Below are positions 39,717-52,000 of a stretch of DNA of 64,000 bases, piece after piece (positions within the stretch are counted from its first letter, which is position 1; every line of letters starts with the position of its first letter). The stretch lies in contig NW_026250430.1 of assembly GCF_024521635.1 (NCBI RefSeq), forward strand, positions 372,001 to 436,000, read 5' to 3'. Below the pieces are notes generated by a model, which was not told where the DNA came from, did no database searches, and was given only the letters and a program-made list of their open reading frames with translations. The DNA is from Tricharina praecox. Its lineage: Eukaryota. Both the position numbers and the translations under genes were made by a program.

Positions 39717-40433
39717 ATGTCACCAGCAAAAGTACCACTCCTCGCCGTCCTCCTGCTACTGCTCCTCACGCAAGCGCCAGCACAATTCACGTTTCCACCT
39801 CTCCCTTCCGCCACCGATAACAGCAAAGTAGCTTGTCGAGCCGTTTACGACGCCTGCATGTTCTCGTTTCGGGAGTGTATTCGCAGCGCTGCGGGTGACG
39901 ACGCGACGAGGTTGTCGTGTGAAGCGCACCGTGAGGATATATGTGAAGGGACAATTAGGGAGGGGTGTGATGTGCTTCCCGAGGCGGTGAAGGTGGGCCT
40001 TGTGCGGGAGAGGCGTGTAATAGGATAGGCGGTTGCTGATGGTTGGTAGGAGAAGTCGGCGACTACCCTCGTCGTCGTGCTGCCGGAAGTATCGACACAG
40101 TCGGCAACGGCAACGGCAATAGTTACAGTAACAGCAATAGCGATATCAACAGCATTAGCGACAGCGACAGAGGCGATGGAAACCGTCGTGGTCTTTGTAC
40201 CAGACAAAGGCCAGGGCGCGGCGGCGAACACGCTGGCGGGTGCGGTGATGACGGTTACCATCCGGCGGATAGCCACTGCCACACCCACCACACCCACCAC
40301 CTCTACTACCACGTCGACAGTACGGGGGTTAATCCTGGGACAGAGGAACGGTGGAGGGCGTGTTCATGTTCGCTGGTGGTTCGGGGTGGTTGCGATGTCG
40401 GTGTCGATGCTGGGAGCCGAAGTAGCGCGTTGA
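39717..40433 (+). CDS. Secreted, possibly GPI-anchored protein: 6-Cys N-terminal domain plus Thr/Ala-rich stalk
   Basis: Signal peptide MSPAKVPLLAVLLLLLLTQAPA; six Cys; in-frame intron 39993-40049; C-terminal NGGG followed by a hydrophobic tail. Confidence 0.7.
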
Positions 40434-40844
40434 TGTGGGGCTGGGCGGCTCTAAGGAATGTGACTATCGCGGGGCGATAGCTGTAATATGTAGCGGTGGG
40501 TAATTGGAGATATCGATATACGTCGATCGTGGGGCAGCAGCGGGGACATGGAGATGAGAAGCGTTTCTGGGGATATCGGTGGACGGTCATCTGTTCCGGA
40601 CTGTGATCGACGGTTCAATTTGGATGCGGAAGATCGCACCTGGGGTTAGGGACTGGCGGTCGGCTCTTCCATTTTGGCCGGCAACAGCCAGCACATTCCC
40701 AATGCGGCCCGAACGGTTAGAGTGGGTATTCCCTTCACAGCCCTCGTGTCAGCAATCTGTACGCGTTGCCGGAAGATGTTTCATATACATATACGCATCG
40801 TGCTGGACGAGGCCGGCTGCCGGAAAGTGTGGAGATCTGAGGTA

Positions 40845-41314
40845 CGGCGGTCGAAAGTGATCAAAAACATAGCAGCAAAGTTGAGTTGGTGGAAACAGCA
40901 ACAAAAACGCATTGCCTCACCTCGTTCGGCGACCTGTTCATAAACTTCCTCTTCAACCACAACCACAAATATGTTTCTGAGAAAAAGACGTTGATCAGTG
41001 TCCTTTGGTAATCATCCGAAGCATTGTGAAAAATCCTTGTTTAATCCTATGGTGTGTAGATGAGTTATATGGGGTTCTTCTTGATAGGCGTGGGTGGTGT
41101 TCTATTCTACTGGAATAGGGCTCGATGAAGTAAAACAGCGTTTTTATGGGTGTTCTATCCACATCAGTGTCAAAATGTTTTACCGGCAACATAGCTTCAT
41201 GTACTCTATGTTTCAACCGAGTGCTGTTTTGCAGAGTTGAAACCATTGACGTACTTGCCTTGAAGTTTTGAAGTTGGCACTGTTCAGCATGTTTATGATC
41301 ACTTTCGACCGCCG
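40845..41314. mobile_element. Non-autonomous Tc1/mariner-type element (MITE), 470 bp
   Basis: 26-bp terminal inverted repeats CGGCGGTCGAAAGTGATCA(A/T)AAACAT, flanked on both sides by TA (40843-44 and 41315-16); AT-rich interior. Confidence 0.85.
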
Positions 41315-41737
41315 TACATAGGATGTAGGTAAAGTAAGCACTTCGGCTAGTTTCTCTTCTCATCTTTTCTCTCCAGATTAGAGTACTCGTAGTGCTACTC
41401 TAATGAGTGTCCAAGCCGGGATCATGACGTGTCGAGCAAATGAAGTGACGTATTCAGACGCCTTCAATTCGCGTTCCTGAGCTGAAGAAAACAGTTCGAC
41501 GGAAACTAGTCTCGTGTCGGGAGATGCCATCTGTGCTAGCTAGCCGGGGACGTACGGGAATAGTTGGGAGAACGGAGGGATAAGGAAGGACGGTTGAAGC
41601 CGATCAAGATGAGAGATGAAATCGCAGAGAGAAAGCAGCACTCTGTGTAGCCCGTCGAAATTGCTATGCACTTACATAGCAGTTAAGGCAAGTTACAGGA
41701 ACGAAGATAAACGAAGGGGATGGTTATAAACTTACTC

Positions 41738-41799
41738 CAGGAACAAGTCAGGAACAAGTCAGGAACAAGTCAGGAACAAGTCAGGAACAAGTCAGGAAC
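41738..41799. repeat. 11-bp minisatellite (caggaacaagt) x~5.6
   Basis: Directly visible perfect tandem repeat. Confidence 0.95.
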
Positions 41800-43110
41800 C
41801 GCGGATGGGTTGGTGGCGGGCTGATATGACACACGATCCGAAGACAAGACACCACGCTGAGCTGTCTCACCACTCAGCCCCTGGCCTTTCCTCCCGCCAG
41901 ACATCCTTCCACTATCATCACCACCACCACCCCTTCCTTCCTTCCATTCTCTCCTCTTCCTTTGTCTCGTCTTGTCTTGCTGTCTGTCGGTTTTGATTCG
42001 CGCTCGTTCTCTCGCTCGTCGATATCGCGGTCCGCACACTCGCTCGCTTGTTCGTTTACCATTTCTCCGCCAACGGTCCCATTCTAATTGCTACGACTTC
42101 TTCTTCATCTTCTTCATCTTCTTCCCCGCCCTTCGTTCACCGCGCACGTATCACATTACTTGTATCTTTCGTCCCCGGCAATCCGATATCGTGGAGATGC
42201 ATTGCAGCCTTGTAACTGCTTGTGTTGGTTACTAAAGAAGCAGGATAAGACGAAGGGAAGGATTGCGCTTTGTACACCCCGGCTCCATTTCGTGCACGAC
42301 ATAGGTACGGTACCGGCATCATATACTGTGGTTGAAGCAAGTATGACAGTCCCTTTCTTCTTCTTTTCCTTCTCCAGCTACCTCTCGACTACTTCCCCCC
42401 TGTGTACCTAGTGGTTACCGCGTTGCACTGCGTTGGGAATCCCGAAATACTGACTGCTGGAGTACAGATACCCAGACACCGACACGGCCCAGCAATCTTC
42501 AGCCAGACAACCGGCATTGTTCGCACCAATTCCCAGAGATCGGCCAGCCATTCACACGGGCAGCTGCTGCATATTGCATCTCCCTCGCTCCACTAGCGCT
42601 CTCACGCACGGTATGTACCGAGTGCCGTATGTAACTAGTCGGTCGGAAGATAGTTGTGCATCACATATTTGTCTTCCTTTCTTCGTCTTCTCGTCCTCTC
42701 TTATTTGCCCGAGCCTTCACTCCGTGCGTGGCTTGCTTGGCTCGGTGTCGTATTCAATACTCAACTTTCCATAGCATCGCCCCATCTCGACCATCTTCAT
42801 CTTCGCTTTCCGCAGAGACTAAAGCCTATTTTTAGGTGTAACTACCGATCAACACCACCCCCCGGCTGTGCAAAAGGGCCTACTGTACTATACACTGAAC
42901 AGGCCCCAGCGACCATCATCATCGCCAGCACCACCTGCCTCCTCCTCGTCCTCGTCCACACCCGCTCCTCCCACCGAAACCACTGTCCGACTGGCGACAA
43001 AACACAGACTATTCCACGCAGTGGTGGAAAAACGAACGGTTGTGCGATTTCTACATAGACTCCTCCGTCCGAGTCCTCCGAGGCGCGTGCGTGCGTCGTA
43101 GTCGAGAGCA

Positions 43111-46100
43111 ATGGCCCGGCCGTTAGCTCCCCCGTCGTCGCGTCGTTCCACGCCTTCGAGCCCAGTACTGTCGTCGGACATGGCGCGGGATCGGATATGT
43201 TCGGAGTCCCCGTCATGCGCCGTCGTCTCCCTACGCCGACCCCGACGACGAACCGCGTCGCCGTCGCCACTCATGCTGCTCTTCTGCATGATGACCCTGT
43301 TCGTGAGTCGGTCGGCGGCGGTGCTAGTTTCTACCTTCGATAATTGTCTGTCGGACGAAGCTAGGAACTCAGATGTTCACATGCAGTTCCACCCCATCCT
43401 CGTCTCGGCTGCGTTCGGAAGTCAGGGGGATTTGCACGATACTTTGAGGATCACGGTGTGGGGCGAGGTTACCGGCGCCTCCAGTACAAATCCCCGTGGC
43501 ACGAGGAAGCGGGGGTTGGAGGAGGAGCCGTGGGTTCCCGATTGGGCGGAGGAGCATGAAGGAGGGAGGGAGGATTACTTGCCGGCTCTTCCGGGATTGG
43601 CGAAACGTCAGCTCATCAATGGTACCGGTCTTACGAGCTCGCTACAGGCACCCGCTACGTATTTCGGCGACGATTTCAGGGCGGCTTATAGGTTCCCGAG
43701 CGACGGGAGAGATTGGAACTATTCGGGATCGATTGTTGATGCAGAATGGGATAATAAGGCAACCACGTTGAAGAGTAGAATCCAAGTGTCAAGTTTCCTG
43801 ATCGACAGCGTGGATGCGTTCTTCTGCCACGACCCCACTCGCGATCTCACGGAAAACACGGCCATCAATGCTACCTGTCCGATGGGAAATTTGTTATCCG
43901 CCGGAAATGCGACATCTCAAGATCCCGTCGTGATGGCATCCTACCGTGTCGTGCCGGAGGACCAGCGGAACAACATCACTTTCTTGACCCAGGAGCTACC
44001 GACTTTCACGGTGACTAGAAATCTTGGTTCGGAATACCAGTTTGCGACTTTTGGCGTTACCTTGAGGATCGTGGCGGGCGACGGTGCCGCGACCGATGTG
44101 GGATGCGTACACGTCGAGATCACGCCCGAGCTCAAGCAGAGGAACAAGTCGATGTTGACCTGGCTTTTCGCTTCGGTCCTGATGCTTGTAGGAATCGCTT
44201 CGATTGTGGCCGCAATGTTCAATCCGTGGAACGGGACAACTGATGTGTTTCGTTTCAGTAGCAACTACGGGATGGACGACGATATGCTTCGCCTGGTCAC
44301 TCCCGGCTTCGCCGACTGTCTGCAATGGCTGCAGTTCATCGTCCTGACCGGAAGTCTATCTCTGAGTTATCCGGGTTTCTACCAGCCAATAGTTTCCAGA
44401 GCCGCCTGGAGTATCCTGATGATGAACTCATCGTATTATACGCACGATCCTATCAGCCGGGAATCTTGGAAAGGCGATGGCATCTATGCATTCGAGGCGT
44501 GGGTATACGGCTACGAGCGTATGTCGCAGGCGGTCGGATTTTTGACTACCAATGATGTCTGGGTTTCGGTGATGGCGTATTTTGCCGTTCTCCTTGTGGG
44601 TGCTATTGTCATCTTTCAGATTTGGTTCTGGGGCAGGTGGGCCCTCTGGAAATGTACCGGAGTCGAAGAGGAGGATCTAACACGCAAGAATTTGCCGTTT
44701 ACTGCTGGTGAGTGGGTTTCTCCATGGCCGATGACCGAGATTGCTAATGGTTTGTGGGCATCCTAGGGATCATCTATCGGTTCACGTACACGTACTTTCT
44801 GTTACCGGTCCTGGCTGCTTGCGCGTTTCAACTCGCTGTGGCTTCGCGCTCGTTGTCGATTACAGCTGGTGCTTGCGTTATTCTGGTCCTCATCGTTACG
44901 ATTTCGGTCTGGCTCACGTACCATATAATGAGCAAATACCCCCGGTCTGAGCTCTACGACACCTTGCCGACGCTACTCGTCTATGGAACGTTTTACAACA
45001 CGTACCGCGAAAAGAGCTTGCGCTTCTTCATGTGCAATCTCTACATTAACATCTTGCGTGCGATAGCATTCGGAGCGTTACAGCCATCAGGAATCGCACA
45101 AATCACCATCCTTGCCGCCTGTGAGATCGCGATGATCCTGTCGATCTACGCCATCAAGCCCTATGCACCGGCGACGTCGATGAATCTGTGGCACTTTATC
45201 TTTTCCTGCGTACGACTACTCACGATCCTACTGATGATGGCGTTCGTGCCGTCAATCAACTCGTCGGATACAGTCAAGGGATGGCTGGGCTGGGTCATCC
45301 TGGGAATCCATGCCGCGGTGATGCTGTTCGGCTTTGTGCTCAAGGCGTTGCAGACTATCCTCGAGGTTGCGGTTAGGGCCTGCCGATCGGATGAAGAAGC
45401 TGCTAGAGGCGGCTTTGCTAAGGTTAGTCGGTCCGGTTGCTTTTTGCATGTTCGTATGTTTTTTGGATTCCCTCCCCGTCCTCCACCCCCGCCTCTTTCC
45501 CCTTCGCCTCCGCTACCCATGCACGGGATGGCGATAAAAGGGTATAAGAAGAAGTTCAGGCTTGATGTGTGATTTGTGATGTGTGATGATGATGGTGATG
45601 ATTTGCGCTTTTGGAAGGGTTTGTATGACCGCTTTGTGTCGTGATTTGAAGTTTTGGGACTTGTCTGTGTGAATGATAGGGACTATGTGCGCCCTTCGTA
45701 GGTAATGATTCACCATGAAACGGTGGCGCTGAGGCGTTTTTGACTTGGAAGAGGGGGACAGGAGTATTGAGAATGCATCATAATTGTCCATCATCACCAT
45801 CACCATCATTATCTGTGATTCAAGCTTGACATATTGTTTCTTTGATCGCCATCTCGTACTCTCGCTATTCGGTTTTGGGATTTGTATGCTGACCGTCATC
45901 ATTTATAGGTCTTCGGAGTTCGCCAACTATCCCGTCGAAAGCGGCACTCGAGCAAAACCCACCGTTCCTCGACCCTCTCGCCCACGCCGATCGTTGCCAA
46001 CGAACGTAGGCCATATTTACTCAATGCCCGCCATCCGCACAGCCGGACTAATTCTTCTGCCGCATTTCTTCTAGGCTCTCCTGCCATCGAGCGACCCCCA

Positions 46101-47339
46101 CTCGTCGTAGATAGCTCGCAGCACGGCCACACAAATTCCAACTCCAACACGTCTGCAGCTACCACACCGATAACGGCTGGGTACGGGCACATCCCGCCAG
46201 TTGAAAATGTCGCGGGACCGTATTATCGACCTCCGCGTACTCGGCGCGTTGATGGTGGATTAGGGGATGCGTACTCGCCCACTGAACAATCTCCGGGCAG
46301 CTGGAGCGAGGCGGGTTTCGGAAAGCAGCGGTCGTCACAGGCATCGCTACCAGCACACGTTCTCATGCAGCAGCAGACAGAGGAACACGACTGGGATGAC
46401 CAGCGAGAGCGGGGAACGCCTGCCCCCAGCGCACAGTACGGGCACAGATACACGGACTCGGCTGTAACGGTGGGCAGTGCCCGCGGTGCCGGAAATACGG
46501 ACTACGCGGTGCGCGAGGTCGACTTCTACTACGGTGTGCGCGGCCCCGCATTATCTGCCCAGCCGCAGAGGAGACTGGGCACCGGACCGGCGGATCCCAC
46601 GGGGCCCGTCAGTAATGCCAAATCATGGATCAAGCAGAAACTTGGGCTTGCGCGCGGGGAGAAGGAGAAGGGTTTCAGTGTTGTGCGCTCATCTAAGGCG
46701 CCGATGCAGCGGGTGCCACAGTCGGAACCTTCCGCGCCCATAGGCGTCGCCATCACCAGCGACAACGATCCAGAGCCCGAACCCGAACCGGAGGAGAGAG
46801 AGGCGCCGGAGGCGGTCCCGTCCACCACGCGCCGCACCAACATCGACACCGACACCTCGAGCGACTACTCGTCGGACGAGGAGCCGGGCGAGCCAGGTCC
46901 CAGCACCCACATGCTCGGCTCGTCGAGCGGGGAGACAAACATCGAGCTCAAGCCGACGGTTCCGCGCAAGTCCTCGAAGCGCCGGAGCAGCAGCGCCCGG
47001 CAGCCGTCAACACAACTGTACGACCCGCCAATCCCGCGCCTGCCGTTCGAGGACGAGCACGACCGCCTCGCTGCCCCCGGAGAAGGGAATCGATACCACA
47101 GCTTCACCACCAGCTCGCGGAGCAGCAGTCCGCTGGAGCCCCCGCAACTGGTCATGGAAGGTCGCCCGGGCAGCGGAGAGTCCCTCGGCCGCGTCAGCGC
47201 CGGTCGCGTCGGCGCGGTCGTTAGAGACGAGCGCGGCGAGGTAAGGGGGAGCCAGGCCGAACTTGTTAGGGGCGGGAGTGGCAGTAGCACTAGTGAGAGG
47301 AAGGGCGGCGGTGAGGATGTGGGCAGGGACGAACGGTAG
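43111..47339 (+). CDS. Fungal TRP-like/FLC-family membrane protein (ML-like N-domain, TRP transmembrane domain, disordered tail); start codon uncertain (43111, 43180 or 43273)
   Basis: FDNCL..LRITVWG, GCVHVEITP, RLVTPGFADCLQWLQF..SLSYPGFYQP..AWS.L, YGTFYNTY, DYAVREVDFYYGVRGPALS..RRLGTGPADPTGPV; introns 44708-44766 and 45423-45908. Confidence 0.88.
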
Positions 47340-47849
47340 TTGTTTGGTCTTTTCTTTTATCTTTTGTTTGAGGGCGGCGGCGGGAGGCGGCTAAAATGGG
47401 TTTCTTGTTTTGGGGCATGGATGGGTTGTACTTGTGTTTTTTTTTACTGACTTACTTACTTACTCAATGTTACTGGGTCGTGGTCCCCCAGGTGAGTTTT
47501 TTTAATGTGTTGGCTAGCCGGTGTACGGTGGCTTTTATGTTCTTTTTGGAGCTAGGCGGCGAGGGGAGGGGAGGGCATGGGAGGGCAGGGGTTGTACTGT
47601 ACATAACTGATTGTGATAGTGTATATGAACTGAATGTGAGTGATGCATATTAGTTACCTACGTGGTGGATACGAGGTTGGTGGCAGGTGTAGATGCCGAT
47701 GGGGTGGTCATACATATGGGAACGAACAGAGACGGGGACCACACCACACCACAATCGACTGGGGACATCGTTTCCTTCGTCGTGTGACTCGCATACCTAT
47801 CGAAACATGAAATTGACTTCTTGTAAGTTGTTCCGAACTTCGCCCTCGG

Positions 47850-48280
47850 GTCACCGTGCGGTACCTCCAGTGGACGAGGAGCCGCCCCGAGGAGCCGCGC
47901 TACAATACCCAGACCCAGACCCAGAGTAGACTCGGGAGTCGGGAGCACCTATTCTGATACAAATGATGTCCCGGATGGAAGAGCCAGCGGAAGAGCCAGC
48001 TCCAGCTGAAGATCCTGTGGGAAAGTCACAGAAGGAAACCGGAAGGGGCAAGGCTCGCTTTAATATCCGAGACGTCTTCGCAGACAAGCGGTGCACACTG
48101 AAGCCAGGCCATCCTGCGCTTCCTTGCCGCCACCACTGATGAGGCATCCTGCATCCTGCATCCTGCTGGTGGATCTCGGAGGCTGCTGGGGAAGACTCGG
48201 ATGCTGCAGCCTGCGGGCGAGGGGTCTGATTGAGTGAGACTGTGGGAGGCTGGAGCTACAGAAAGGGTGGGAAGTTGGAA
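47850..48280 (+). mobile_element. Degenerate 3' ORF2 fragment of the same LINE family as 21990-23800
   Basis: Piecewise translation YLQWT..REHLF..CPGWKSQ..KILW..GRGKARFNIRDVFADKRC matches HLQWT..REHLLKNCPEWKSQQKILW..GKDRFKIRDLFADERC. Confidence 0.8.
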
Positions 48281-48374
48281 CTTGGAAGAAGGGAGGTGGG
48301 TCTGGGGCGGGAGGTGGAGGTGGTGGTGGTGGTGGTGGTGGAGGAGGAGGGCTCCCAGGTTAGTTTTCTAAACA

Positions 48375-48530
48375 CGGTAGTCTAGTCCGTCCGGGTTTCA
48401 CCTCCGACGGGACTGGACTACATAAATTTTGCAGTCCGTCCAGACTTCAGCGGCGTACACTGGACGGGGGCAGTCGGGACTCGGGAGAGGTCTTAGGTGT
48501 GAAGACTGGGACGGACGGCAGTCGGCTGGC
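48375..48530. repeat. Cluster of short inverted motifs (agtccgtcc / ggactggact), probable DNA-transposon end remnant
   Basis: tagtctagtccgtc..gacgggactggacta forms a hairpin, with further cagtccgtcc/ggacggacgg copies nearby. Confidence 0.45.
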
Positions 48531-49075
48531 AGCTAATGACCAAGTTGGTTAAGTCGGGTTGGACAGTGGCACGGGAACAGAGGGTGGATGTGTGAATATT
48601 GCCATGATCCAGATAGATATTTCGCCTGCAATCGATGATCAAAGAAACTTCAACGCGAACCCACAATGACAAAGTAATGAAGACTGGAGATAAGGAAACG
48701 AAAGAAAAAGAAAAGGAAACAAAATACGCGCAGGTAACCGTATCACCAGAGATAGCCCCAACCGAAAGAAGCCTCCGACAAGCCAAACTACACTCACCGG
48801 AGTGATGAAATCGTTCCATGTGCACGTGAGAAGTTGAAATCCAGTTCCCTTCCAGATACCATTCATCCAACTGCCCACCCGCCACCCGCCAACCGTTCTC
48901 GTGCGTACCGCTGATCCCCTCACTCGGTATGTCTCCCTCGTCCGTCGTCTATGCCTCTTATCCCCTAGTCGTCTACAGTCGTCCACCATACCGCCATATC
49001 TATCATTTCGCCTTATAACTAGTTCTCCCCGCGATCTTCGCATCTGCCCCTCCCTTAACGAACAGTGCAGCCCGA

Positions 49076-52000
49076 TCATTCCTCGGCTCCCGCTGCGAGC
49101 AAAAGCTGGACGATCGTTCCGTGTCCCTCTTTCCGGGCATACCCAAGAGCAGTCCTTTTGCTTCTTACCGGTGGTGCATTCACATGGGCTCCCGCTGCAA
49201 TCAGGCGCTCAGCGATGGTATCGTGCCCTTTTTCGCAGGCGGCTTGAAGGGCAGTCCGTCCGTCGTGATATCCTGCTGCTGCATTCACTTTGGCACCAGC
49301 TGCAATCAGGCGCTCAGCGATGGTATTGTGGCCATTCTCACAGGCGGCTTGAAGGGCAGTCTTTCCCATGTATTCTGCCGGTGGTGCATTCACATCGGCT
49401 CCAGCTGCAATCAGGCGCTCAGCGATGGTATCGTGCCCTTTTTCGCAGGCGGCTTGAAGGGCAGTCCGTCCGTCGCCTTTTGACGGTGGTGCATTCACAT
49501 CGGCTCCAGCTGCAATCAGGCGCTCAGCGATGATATCGTGCCCTTTTTCGCAGGCGGCTTGAAGGGCAGTCCGTCCGTCGTGATATCCTGCTGCTGCATT
49601 CACTTTGGCACCAGCTGCAATCAGGCGCTCAGCGATGGTATCGTGGCCATTCAAACAGGCGGCTTGAAGGGCAGTCTTTCCCATGTATTCTGCCGGTGGT
49701 GCATTCACATCGGCTCCAGCTGCAATCAGGCGCTCAGCGATGGTATCGTGCCCTTTTTCGCAGGCGGCTTGAAGGGCAGTCTTTCCCATGTATTCTGCCG
49801 GTAGTGCATTCACATCGGCTCCAGCTGCAATCAGGCGCTCAGCGATGGTTTCGTGGCCATTCTCACAGGCGGCTTGAAGGGCAGTCCGTCCGTTGCGAGC
49901 TGTTGGTGGTGCATTCACTTTGGCACCAGCTGCAATCAGGCGCTCAGCGATGGTATCGTGCCCTTTTTCGCAGGCGGCTTGAAGGGCAGTCCGTCCGTCG
50001 CCTTTTGGCCGTGGTGCATTCACATTGGCTCCAGCTGCAATCAGGCGCTCAGCGATGGTATCGTGCCCTTTTTCGCAGGCGGCTTGAAGGGCAGTCCGTC
50101 CGTAGTCTCTTGACGGTGGTGCATTCACATCGGCTCCAGCTGCAATCAGGCGCTCAGCGATGGTATCGTGCCCATTCTCACAGGCGGCTTGAAGGGCAGT
50201 CCGTCCGTCGCCTTTTGACCGTGGTGCATTCACATCGGCTCCAGCTGCAATCAGGAGGTCAGCGATGGTTTCGTGCCCATTTTCGCAGGCGGCTTGAAGG
50301 GCAGTCCGTCCGTTGTGAGCTGTTGGTGGTGTATTCACATGGGCGCCAGCACGTATTAGATGTTTGACAATAGCTTCGCTCTGTTTCATACAGGCGATTT
50401 GAAGAGCAGTTCCTCCTTTTGTTGTTTCGAAGTTGGGGCTTGCACCAGCTCGCAAAAGTATTCCAACGATCGCCTCATGTCCGCCTAGACAGGCAAACAG
50501 AAGCGGTGGTATTCCAGTTGTGTCTGCCGCAACATCCCGGGTGGTGCCCCAACTTTCCAGCAGTCGCTGGACGACTGGAACATCTCCCCTTGTACAGGCA
50601 GCAATGAAAGGCTGTGAGCTAAGTTCACCGAGATTCAGCAGATTCCCTAGGACCGATTCTACGCCTAGCAAATATGCCTGGAGGAGGATACTTTTGAGCA
50701 CAAACTAAGTCAGCCATGCCAACAGCAGCTGGTTTAGTCAGAAGCTTACTCAGCGGGCCACACGCTAGCATCATATGGCAATCCATTGAACGAAGACGCT
50801 TGAAGTAGGTCCTCTAGATTGGGTCGCTCCACTATGTCGATCGCGAATGGGAACTCAACATCGCTATCCATTGGAGTTGGGTGCATGGTGGCTAGGTGAG
50901 CGTCCAGCTGGCGCTTTAGAGCGAATCCAATAAGGGCTATATGGCAGCTAGCTTCGGGGCATTTGAAAGGCCGCCGGTGCTCTCCCAAGTGTTGGTCTCG
51001 TGATTTAGCGGTAGAGAATCCATTTTGAAAATGCACGCAGTAGGGTAGCTCGCATTTGAAAAGACGGTCACCATAGAAGGACGACATAAGGCTTTTCTCG
51101 TTGTTCGCATGTGCCGCTTGTTCAAGTATACACCTCATCCGGATGACGAATGGACCTAGATCGAGCAAGCCATCCTTTCCTAGTCCAGCGCCCTTGACAG
51201 ATGCCAGTTGTGTGATCCTTCCAAAGGCCGGAAACTGAGTAAAGGCATGCAATCGACGTTTGACTACATCGGAATTCTTCGTAGCCCCGCCTCTCCAGTG
51301 TTGCTCGAGGAATATCCCTAGGTAGTCGGCAAGGTTGTCGATATCCCCTTCGGCATATTCCCCGGAGAGACTGCTGCACGCCTCCACATGGTCAAGCCAG
51401 TGAACCGCGGCGTAGGTGAGGAACGAATAATGACCGCCCATGACGTAGGCTAAAATGTGGTCATCCGACAGACTATTCTTGAAACAGTCAAGCGACAGAT
51501 ATTGGGTACACAGAAGAGCAATTTTCAGCTCTTCATGAGCAACATTGACGAGTTTTTGCTTAGTCAAGTGACTGTTTCGATAATGCATCCTGTTGTCAGC
51601 CTCAAGGGATATCTTCGATAAGCACAGTGACATACTATTTTGCGGTTGTGTGAACAAGTTGAAGTTTGCCATCTTGGACATCGACCAAACACCCGCAAAG
51701 GTCCCTAACATCGTCGCGCAGGCGTCTACCATCGAAATCCACCGTTTTCCCTTCCAGGTCGATGGATACCCCGCCCTGAATCTCGTGTATTTCAAGTGGC
51801 CGCTTCGCACACACCGCCCAACCCAAGATGCACATCGCTTGTGCCTTCTGAGCCTGAATTGGATTGTTGTATATCCGATTGACGATCCGGTCATATCTGC
51901 GCAAGCCAATTTGGATTAAAATCTGTAGATAATGTTCAGAATGCAGATATAGATCACCCACGCTTGCCCCAGACCATCCGGGAATACACCGGGTTCAAGT

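Noticed and set aside
49155..50310. Regular repeats with variable inserts resembling a CRISPR array
   Set aside because: The units are 105-bp in-frame ankyrin codons within a eukaryotic gene, the variable parts recur, and there are no cas genes.
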